In this document: one piece after another, positions 56,311 through 64,000 of the stretch | Position numbering within the stretch: position 1 is the first letter of the stretch | How the letters are laid out: each line of letters begins with the position of its first letter | Source of the DNA: Bdellovibrionota bacterium | GTDB taxonomy: Bacteria; Bdellovibrionota_C; UBA2361; JBGSMV01 | DNA length: 64,000 bases | Assembly (NCBI GenBank): GCA_041739995.1 | Contig: JBGSMV010000040.1 | Location: 96,211 to 160,210, forward strand | Reading direction: 5' to 3' | Position numbers and translations under genes: made by a program | Notes under the pieces: model-generated | What the model was told of the DNA's origin: nothing | Database searches by the model: none | What the model saw: only the letters and a program-made list of their open reading frames with translations

Positions 56311-57147
56311 CTAGAACGCTACCAGCACCACTATTCCCACAATGACGCGATAGACCGCGAACGGGCGAAGAGACATTGAGCCGAGCAAGGCGATAAAGCC
56401 TTTCACCGCGAATAGCGCCACCACGAAAGACACCCCAAATCCAATCGCAAACGTTTGCACATGTTCGGCGCCAAGCACATGAAGATTCTTCAATAGATCT
56501 ACCATGGTCGCCACACACATGACCGGCACCGCGACAAGAAACGAAAACTCCGCGGCCACGCGCCGCTCAATCCCCACCAACATGCCGCCCACAATAGTGC
56601 TCGCCGATCGAGACATGCCAGGCCATAACGCGAAGCACTGACACACTCCCACCATGAACGCAGTTCTTAAGGAGAGATCCTCGATGCGCCCAACCGTTGC
56701 CGGTTGGGAACGTCCCTCTACCCACCACATCGCAATCCCACCAACAATCAAAGCTACTGCGACTGTCTGAGAATTGAATAGAAACTCCTTAATAGTGCTG
56801 CCAAACAGCGCGCCCAGAACGAAAATGGGCAGAGCTGCCGCCGCGAGGCGCGCAAGACCATGCAGTCCCTCAAAGGACGCGACGCTCGGACGACTCGCGA
56901 AGCGCAGCTCACTCCACTGCCCACGACTTACATTTAGAAGCCCCGCAAAGCGCCCAAAGTACAGGCACAACACCGCGAGGATTGCTCCCAGCTGTATGAA
57001 AATCTCAAACGTTTCGACCGCCTCACCCTTAAGCCCAAGGAGATAGCTCGTAAGAATAAGATGCCCAGTGCTAGAGACCGGTACAAATTCGGTCAATCCC
57101 TCAACAATGCCAAGAACGAGGGCACTTCCCTCGGTTAAGTCAGTCAT
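56311..57147 (-). CDS. uppP: Undecaprenyl-diphosphate phosphatase
   Basis: GIVEGLTEFVPVSSTGHL, IQLGAILAV, PGMSRS and AAEFSFL motifs. Confidence 0.97.
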   Translation of the reverse strand: MTDLTEGSALVLGIVEGLTEFVPVSSTGHLILTSYLLGLKGEAVETFEIFIQLGAILAVLCLYFGRFAGLLNVSRGQWSELRFASRPSVASFEGLHGLARLAAAALPIFVLGALFGSTIKEFLFNSQTVAVALIVGGIAMWWVEGRSQPATVGRIEDLSLRTAFMVGVCQCFALWPGMSRSASTIVGGMLVGIERRVAAEFSFLVAVPVMCVATMVDLLKNLHVLGAEHVQTFAIGFGVSFVVALFAVKGFIALLGSMSLRPFAVYRVIVGIVVLVAF

Positions 57148-57225
57148 TTAACTGGTCCCCTTTCCATCCCACAGCCTGTGAGGATTCGCTTTTGCGCGCA
57201 AGGCTCTTTTGCTAGCGTGCTCTCC

Positions 57226-58464
57226 ATGGCAACCAATCGATTTCATCTAGAGGTTCAGACTACTACCCTGTCTGTAGATCCGAGCCTGTCTATGGATTCT
57301 GGGCCTCTCGAATCTAAGTCGCGTGACTCCAACGCCCCTGCCTCAGACGCCTCAGGGCTTCTTAATATTCAAAGCGTGGATCACATCGAGCTTTGGGTCG
57401 GAAACGCGAGACAGTCTGCAATCTTCTATCAAGAACGATTTGGATTCCAACCTCTGGGCTATCGTGGACCAGAGACCGGCTCCCGAGAAGTTTCTAGCTA
57501 TGTCCTTCAACAAGGACAAGTAACGTTAGTGTTAAGCACTGCGCTTCAGCCCAAGCACGCCGTCGCCCAGCAAGTCAGCACCCATGGCGATTTTGCTAAG
57601 CATATCGCGTTTCGTGTTGCAGATTGCCTGAGCTTCTACACAGAAACTCTGCGCAGAGGGGCAAAAGGCTGCCTGGCACCCACCGAGCACCGAGACTCGT
57701 CTGGTGCGGTACGAATCGCCGGCATCAAAACCTATGGTGACGTACAACACCTCATCGTTGAGCGCGACAAGTTCTCTGGCACATTCCTTCCTGGCTTCAT
57801 CCCCGCCGACCGTATCTTTCCTGAGTGGACAAGTGTTGCGAAAAAGTCCGGGGACGTCTCAATCGAAGCCTGTGACCATATCGTCGGGAATGTCGAGCTT
57901 GGCAAAATGGACGAATGGGTCGGCTTCTACGAACGCGCACTGGGATTCACTCAGATGCGGCATTTTAGCGATGATGAGATTTCGACTGAATATTCAGCCC
58001 TCATGTCAAAGGTCTTAAGTGACGGGTCTGGGAAGATTAAATTTCCCATAAATGAACCAGCCCAAGGACGCCGCAAATCCCAAATTGATGAGTATTTGGA
58101 AGCCAACCTTGGGCCAGGAGTTCAGCATATCGCGCTCAGAACGAGCGACATTATTAAGACGGTGAGTGCACTAAGAAACCGTGGCGTTCAGTTTTTGAGA
58201 GTCCCCGCGTCCTACTATGAGGAAGCGCCAAAGCGCGTAGGCAAAATAAAAGAAGACCTCGCTCGCCTAGCGGAATTAGGAATTCTGATAGACCGCGATG
58301 ACGACGGATATCTGTTACAGATCTTCACTAAACCGGTGCAGGACCGCCCGACTCTTTTCTTTGAAGTAATTCAACGCGCCGGGTCTCAAGGCTTTGGTGC
58401 TGGAAACTTCAAAGCGCTCTTTGAAGCCATTGAACGAGAACAGGCCGAACGAGGAAATCTATAG
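57226..58464 (+). CDS. hppD: 4-hydroxyphenylpyruvate dioxygenase
   Basis: DHIVGNV, KFPINEP, SQIDEYL, GVQHIAL, YLLQIFT and GFGAGNFKALFEAIEREQ motifs. The start could be 57226 or 57292. Confidence 0.96.
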   Translation: MATNRFHLEVQTTTLSVDPSLSMDSGPLESKSRDSNAPASDASGLLNIQSVDHIELWVGNARQSAIFYQERFGFQPLGYRGPETGSREVSSYVLQQGQVTLVLSTALQPKHAVAQQVSTHGDFAKHIAFRVADCLSFYTETLRRGAKGCLAPTEHRDSSGAVRIAGIKTYGDVQHLIVERDKFSGTFLPGFIPADRIFPEWTSVAKKSGDVSIEACDHIVGNVELGKMDEWVGFYERALGFTQMRHFSDDEISTEYSALMSKVLSDGSGKIKFPINEPAQGRRKSQIDEYLEANLGPGVQHIALRTSDIIKTVSALRNRGVQFLRVPASYYEEAPKRVGKIKEDLARLAELGILIDRDDDGYLLQIFTKPVQDRPTLFFEVIQRAGSQGFGAGNFKALFEAIEREQAERGNL

Positions 58465-59507
58465 TGAAACTTGGCTCAATCTCTCTTTCACGAAGTGGCC
58501 TGGCGGGCCCCATGGTTCTATCGGGCTCTACTCACGAGCCCGATGGACACTTAGTAATTGTCGACAACATCGCTGGCAAATGCGCTCTGGTGTCTGACTC
58601 GCCTTCCTCACGCTGGCCTTCGATGAGAGCGGCACTCGAGGATTGGGCCCAAGCCGAACCTTATTTAAGAGAGTTAGATAAAACACTGCGCTCAGGAGCT
58701 CTTACCAAGAATGTCTTCGCGCTCTCCAAAATGTATTTTATGGCACCTTTGCCGCGCGCGTTTGGACTGATTGATGCCAGTGCTTTTCTCTCGCATATCA
58801 CCCTGGTGCGTCGGGCTCGCGGCGCAGAACCGCCGGCCCGCATGCACGAAGTGCCGTTACTCTACCAGTCTTTGAGCCATGGGCTTGTGGGTCCGGAAGA
58901 GCCCATCTCTCTGCTCGATGAATCTCAGGGATTAGATTTCGAAGCCGAGATTGCGGTAATCCTGGGAGACATTCCCCAAGGCGCAAGTCCGACCGAGGCT
59001 GCGACCTCAGTGAGACTGATAGCTCTCATGAACGACTTAACCTTGAGAAATCTAATCCCTGAAGATTTGGCCTCAGGATTTGGTTTCTTTCACTCAAAGC
59101 CCGCCTCCTCCTTCGCGCCCTTTGCGGTTACTCCAGACGAACTGGGGACCGCATGGTCTGACGGACGGCTGCATCTGCCCGTCACCTGCAAAGTTAATGG
59201 CGCCTTAGTCGGGGAGATAGACGCATCAGAAATGCACTTCTCTTTTCCAGACCTACTTACCCATGCCACGAGAACTCGCTCGCTATGTGCGGGCACTATT
59301 CTTGGAAGTGGCACCGTCTCAAATCAGGATCCTCCAACTACACCTGCAGGGCCCGGAGTTGCGTGCCTTGCAGAGCGGCGCGCCAGAGAGCAAATTGATT
59401 TTGGAGAAGCACGCACTCGCTACCTAAGAGCCACGGACAGCCTGGAAATTGAAGTATGGAATGGCCAGCAAAGCGTGTTCGGTGCTATTCGGCAAAAAGT
59501 AGTTTGA
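58464..59507 (+). CDS. Fumarylacetoacetate hydrolase family protein
   Basis: APLPRA..DAS, DFEAE, NDLTLRNL, SKP and ILGSGTVSN motifs; coupled to hppD. Confidence 0.92.
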   Translation: MKLGSISLSRSGLAGPMVLSGSTHEPDGHLVIVDNIAGKCALVSDSPSSRWPSMRAALEDWAQAEPYLRELDKTLRSGALTKNVFALSKMYFMAPLPRAFGLIDASAFLSHITLVRRARGAEPPARMHEVPLLYQSLSHGLVGPEEPISLLDESQGLDFEAEIAVILGDIPQGASPTEAATSVRLIALMNDLTLRNLIPEDLASGFGFFHSKPASSFAPFAVTPDELGTAWSDGRLHLPVTCKVNGALVGEIDASEMHFSFPDLLTHATRTRSLCAGTILGSGTVSNQDPPTTPAGPGVACLAERRAREQIDFGEARTRYLRATDSLEIEVWNGQQSVFGAIRQKVV

Positions 59508-59605
59508 GAAGGCGTAAATGGTGCCCTAAAGTGCCGTGCTTACTCCCTTGCCTATTCCTTTGCGCGAAACGGCGGCTTTAGACTATAGTTCGACGGTTTG
59601 TATCA

Positions 59606-59884
59606 ATGGAGAATATTTTCATGTTCATTAAGAAAGCTTTTGCACTCCCCGCCGCCCTCGCCATGACACTTATGATTTCCAGTAGTGTCTGCTTGGCTGA
59701 AGACGCCTATGAGCAAGATGTTGAAAACACCGCAGAGCGCCAGGACAGAATCGACGCTGAAGAGGCCGTGACTCACAACGAAAATCTCGAACGACGACGG
59801 GAAGCTGCGGTCGACGTTGACGGCGCTGATTCCGTCGAAGCTGCTGGTATCGAAGCCGAGCGAGAGAGAGTTCGTCGAGAATAA
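59606..59884 (+). CDS. Small secreted acidic/charged protein
   Basis: Signal peptide followed by an E/D/R-rich helix. Confidence 0.7.
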   Translation: MENIFMFIKKAFALPAALAMTLMISSSVCLAEDAYEQDVENTAERQDRIDAEEAVTHNENLERRREAAVDVDGADSVEAAGIEAERERVRRE

Positions 59885-60014
59885 CTATCCTCTCTTAGCG
59901 GCCTGGCCTTTCGGGTAGCCATCTTCGATGGCCTTCGGTCCGGCCGCACCTCCCCGCCTTGTTGCCCCGCCTTCTCGTGAACAGCTCTTCACGCCACGCC
60001 CTTCGAACCCCTTT

Positions 60015-60140
60015 CTAGGAGTCTGTGACGCAGCCATGTTTATGAGAGTCCGCCTTCGCTCCCATGTTCCTGTCCTGCCATTTAATTCGAGCGGGCTTCG
60101 GCGGGACGTCGTCGTCTGTGCCTGTGTCACAGACTCCTAG
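60015..60140. mobile_element. MITE family B, copy 3 (126 bp)
   Basis: Perfect TIRs CTAGGAGTCTGTGAC / GTCACAGACTCCTAG. Confidence 0.88.
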
Positions 60141-60372
60141 CAAAATGTCCTAGGGGCTCTTCCTAGACATCACCCCGGCCCAACTCAAAGTCGCCCAGTG
60201 CCGCCAACTAGCATAGGAATTTGACTGAGATCGAGTGAACTTAACATTTCAGCTCTATTTTTCGTGCGTTTAGGTCGAATTTTACAACGTAGGGTACCTT
60301 CTCTCGTCCATGTGCCACAAAGGAACGTGCGGGAGAGAGACCGCCCTACACGCAGTGGAAGGTGTGTGATTT

Positions 60373-61793
60373 GTGACCGTTCGAATCGGAAGTAACATTG
60401 CGGCGCTTCAAGCGCAGCGACAGCTTGGACTGAGCTCCGGGAACCTATCCCGTATCTTTGAGCGTCTCTCAAGTGGAAGTCGCATCAATCGTGCCTCAGA
60501 CGATGCCGCTGGACTTGCGGTCTCTTCGGGCCTCAATGCGCGCCAGAGAGTCTATTCTCAAGGCATTAGAAATCTTAGCGACGGCATCTCTGCACTCTCC
60601 ATCGCCGACCAAGCCATCTCAGGGCTTTCTTCCATTGTGACTCGGCAGCGAGAACTCGCCGCGCAATCTGCCAACGGTGTTTTTCAGGAACCCAAAGAAT
60701 TTCCCTTAATCGTGAAGCGCAAGAACTGGCAGCTGAGTACCAACGAGTCTTGGAGACCACAACATTCAATGGCCTGAACCTATTAGATGGAACAAACCCT
60801 CTCATCACCCTGCAAGCGGGTCTCGGAACGGACGCCGTTCTTTCGATTGAAACGCTGCAAAGACTTGTCAGCACAGTCTTCGAAACAACGAACAACCCCA
60901 CACAACAAGTAATCAGCGGGACTACATTCGGACAAGGTGACGGCTCGCCGAATGTGGGAAACCTCTCCCGAGACATGAACATGTTCGTATTTGACTACGA
61001 CAGTGATGGCTATGATGACCTGCTCACCGTCGGCCTTCAAAGCGCAGGACCAAACATGAACTATGCGGTCACACTTTTTCAGGGTGGAGCGGGAGGCCTT
61101 ACCGAAGTGGCAGAGATGTCAGATTTCGTCGAATATGGTGGTGGCCTCTTCAACTTCTCACAAGCCTTTGTCAGCTTTAGCGGAAACACCCTATCCATCG
61201 GTGTGGGGGATGGTTCGGACTACAACTTGGATCAATTCACTGTGCCAGCAAACGGAGTACTCCCCAATTCCGTCGCGACCCAAATCGGGATCGGCCCCAT
61301 CCCGTTTCCGGACGTGACCCCAGTTCCCACGGTATCTGGTGACTTCAACAATGATGGCGTGAATGACTCTGCAACCTTCAGTACGGGAGTATTAGGCGCA
61401 AATTTGAAATCCATCACCGTCGATCTAAGCAACCTAGTCACCACTAGCTCCGAGCAATCGGGTTACGAAAGCCTATCCCTGACAAGTTTCGACCTCCTCA
61501 CAAGAGAGAACGCCCTGCTCGCCCTAGACAGCCTAGCCAGCATGTTTCAGATTCTGGCTGGTGCCCGCGGACGCATCGGGGTCTCACTAAGCCGGGTTGG
61601 CACTGCCAGCCAAGTACTGACCGACACGCGAGAACAACTCGCCGCCGCGGAAAGCCGCATTATCGACACGGATATTGGTTCTGATTCCTCAGAACTGGTC
61701 CGACAAAACATTCTGCAACGAGCAGGCGCGGCAATCCTCGCTCAAGCGAATCTTCAGCCACAAATCGCTCTGACCCTGCTGCAAGTTGTGTAA
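60373..61793 (+). pseudogene. fliC: Flagellin with FG-GAP-like central repeats, split by a 1-nt frameshift
   Basis: N-terminus ERLSSGSRINRASDDAAGL and C-terminus AAESRIIDTD..QANLQPQIALTLL. One extra T in the run at 60680-60684 would join both ORFs into a 473-aa protein. Confidence 0.9.
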
Positions 61794-61818
61794 TTTCGTG
61801 AGGACTCCTTGGGCTCAG

Positions 61819-63588
61819 CTAGTGAAGCAAGTCCCACTCCTCCGAATCTTGCTGGATTTTGAACTCACCCTCCATGGCAGGGTGAGTAAGTTTATCGTTA
61901 CGTCGCACTTTCATAAGCACCACATAGTCGCCCGGCTTAGTCAGCGGCGAACTCGATCGCATCAGCTCTTTGCCTTCATAGCCCGCCGCTTGAAGAAGCT
62001 TTTGATCATCTAAGCTCACCAACACGAGGCGCTCTTCGCCCCGAGGCAACGCCACCTTCCCAAGGTATTCAATACGACGATTCATGTAAAAACTAAGGCC
62101 ATAAAATGCAGTACCAAATGAATAGAGCTTCTCCGAGGCAGGAATCTGGGAGACAAGCACCTGCGCGAAGGAGCGCGAGCTCAACGAATTTGCAACTACA
62201 GGAAAGATAATTGAATTGCCGATGAACAACATCACTATCCAGAGCGAGGCAAGCGAAGGCCAGCAAAGCGCGGAGTCTCCCTTTCTCTCAATCCATGGCA
62301 GAGATCCACGCCCAAGCACCACAAGAGAGATTAAAGTGGCAAACAGGCAACAGCTCAGTACAATTGGGTGAATGTCAGCAAAAAATCTGTGCCCAATATC
62401 GAGGTAAAAGATAGCGTGATTGCGCGCTCGCTCACTCTCTATCATTGACGGAATAACGTCGCGCAGCCACCCAGCCGCGCAAAATACTGTCGCAACCAAC
62501 ACCCCCAATGCGCCTAGCAGACGACTGGACCACTGCCTAGGCGCCTCCCACGCAGCAATCACGCTACTCAGCAGAAATGCAACAAAGGGATATGCCGGGA
62601 GCAGATAGACACTGCGCTTACTCCCTGGAATTGCAAAGAAGACAAGGAAAGCACTCAGCACTATCCAAGAGAACTTGGTGAAAGAATCGGCCGCATGCCA
62701 GTAGCTTCTACCCTCTCGCAAAGGACTGCAAATGAACTTCTTCCAAGTTGCTAATCCAGAAAAAAAACAAAGACTCCAAGGAAGAAGGCCCACAAACATC
62801 GTGGCATACAACGCCAGAGCACTTCCGCGATGAGGCTCATCCTCTTGGCTGCCTAAAAATCTCGCTACGTTTTCGTACCAAATCTTGTCGAGGAAGGCCT
62901 CAGGCCGCTCGAGAAAAGCAGCGAGATACCACAGCCCAGCAATGCATACTGTCGGCACAAAAAGAATCGCCGTGGCGCGAGTCGTTGCTCGGAGCGAGAC
63001 CCCCTGTAAACACAACCAGGCAATCAGAATTCCTGCGGGTAGCACAATGCTGACGGGGCCCTTGGTAAGAGTGGCCAATCCAAAAAATACCAGGCAGGTC
63101 CACGGCAGCCCCTCACACTTGCGCTCGGTCCACTCAAACATGCACAACAGCCCACCGAGAAGAGAGGCGGCAAGTAGCATATCTACTCTGGCGGTAATAC
63201 TGCTACGAAACCATTCAATCGACGTGAGCAATATCAGAGCGGTGAGCACGCCGCGCGTTAAGCCGTAACGTAGTGAGACGAAGCGCAGCAGAAAAATCAA
63301 CGCAAAGATAGCGGCAACGGCTGAAGGCAGTCTTGCGGAAGTAGCAGTCACCTCGCCCATCGGTAGAGAGGACAGCACTCCTAACCAGTGCAAGAGTGGA
63401 GGTTTTGATGGAACGTCTCCACCGTAGCCGCTCCCCAGAACTACCTCTCCTTTGGTGAGCATGCTTTGGGCTACCAGAGCTTCTCTTGGCTCTCCGCGCG
63501 TAGAAAAATCGCGATTTGCGATTCCGGGCAGGATTAGAACACTACAAAGACAGAGCAACCACAAACTTACGACCCGAACTGAGCTCAT
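61819..63588 (-). CDS. ArnT/PMT-family glycosyltransferase (paralogue of 36118-38016)
   Basis: GEPREA, SKPPLLHW, ARLPSA, ARVDM, LTKGP and KRSVYLLP motifs. Start moved to the ATG at 63588. Confidence 0.9.
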   Translation of the reverse strand: MSSVRVVSLWLLCLCSVLILPGIANRDFSTRGEPREALVAQSMLTKGEVVLGSGYGGDVPSKPPLLHWLGVLSSLPMGEVTATSARLPSAVAAIFALIFLLRFVSLRYGLTRGVLTALILLTSIEWFRSSITARVDMLLAASLLGGLLCMFEWTERKCEGLPWTCLVFFGLATLTKGPVSIVLPAGILIAWLCLQGVSLRATTRATAILFVPTVCIAGLWYLAAFLERPEAFLDKIWYENVARFLGSQEDEPHRGSALALYATMFVGLLPWSLCFFSGLATWKKFICSPLREGRSYWHAADSFTKFSWIVLSAFLVFFAIPGSKRSVYLLPAYPFVAFLLSSVIAAWEAPRQWSSRLLGALGVLVATVFCAAGWLRDVIPSMIESERARNHAIFYLDIGHRFFADIHPIVLSCCLFATLISLVVLGRGSLPWIERKGDSALCWPSLASLWIVMLFIGNSIIFPVVANSLSSRSFAQVLVSQIPASEKLYSFGTAFYGLSFYMNRRIEYLGKVALPRGEERLVLVSLDDQKLLQAAGYEGKELMRSSSPLTKPGDYVVLMKVRRNDKLTHPAMEGEFKIQQDSEEWDLLH

Positions 63589-63742
63589 AGTTATCTCGGT
63601 ATATCGCACCTCAGAAGCTCTCGCACCCCGACACAGAAAGTGCTCTGCGAGCCCTCTATTGACGAACTCTGCGCCTGCATCGACCTTCCCCCGCACACCA
63701 TATTAGCCTGGTGAGACTGGTTGTTTTCCGGTACGAACACAT

Positions 63743-64000
63743 ATGGCGCCTTTTCCGGTCGACGTAGTAGCAAGCAACATTAACCTCACTCCGCCAGAGG
63801 GAGCCAAGATTCCCTATAGCGTCATCATTCCTGCGCGTAACGAAGAGACATTGCTGCCTCGCTGCCTTGCGGCACTCGCCCAGGCTTTGCACAGTGCTGA
63901 AACGACGGCCGAGGTAATAGTCGTATTAAACCGCTGTTCAGACAGCACCGGGCAAATCGCTGCCCAGACTGGCTGCACGGTCATAGAGAACAACGCCAAG
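63743..64000 (+). CDS. Glycosyltransferase family 2 (3' truncated by the window)
   Basis: Translated by hand: YSVIIPARNEETLLPRCL..EVIVVLNRCSDSTG. Confidence 0.88.
   Translation, partial: MAPFPVDVVASNINLTPPEGAKIPYSVIIPARNEETLLPRCLAALAQALHSAETTAEVIVVLNRCSDSTGQIAAQTGCTVIENNAK

Overview
Gene-dense bacterial chromosome segment of moderate GC. The gene complement (FG-GAP-type flagellin, several FliA-like sigma factors, an HDOD protein, Tad pseudopilins, Cys-rich secreted orphans) suggests a Bdellovibrionota/Oligoflexia-like deltaproteobacterial lineage; this is inference only. Housekeeping content includes a HelD/UvrD-like helicase (partial), ettA, a menaquinone cluster (menF-menD-menB-menA-menE plus divergent menG, with no menC/menH in place), nadE, yajQ, yaeQ, fpr, trmL, rdgB, sthA, tRNA-Val(CAC), rpsP-trmD-SPOUT methyltransferase, uppP, hppD-FAH, two ArnT-like and one GT2 glycosyltransferase, two hybrid histidine kinases and a response regulator. 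The most interesting signals are: (1) a divergent pair of atypical FliA-like sigma genes with face-to-face sigma28-type promoters and a translationally coupled candidate anti-sigma; (2) about 11 sigma28-like promoters across the window, several in front of ORF-less or orphan loci; (3) a flagellin with FG-GAP/Ca-binding-like repeats split by a 1-nt homopolymer deletion, plus a second, 15-codon flagellin stump that keeps its promoter and RBS; (4) two CTAG-bounded MITE families, self-nesting REP-like hairpins and a six-hairpin composite at 38.2-38.6 kb; (5) a DUF6502 HTH gene with candidate palindromic operators; (6) trmD in frame with a Tm1570-like methyltransferase, separated by a single stop codon. 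No CRISPR array, rRNA, integrase or intact transposase was seen. All calls are made by eye; no database search was run.
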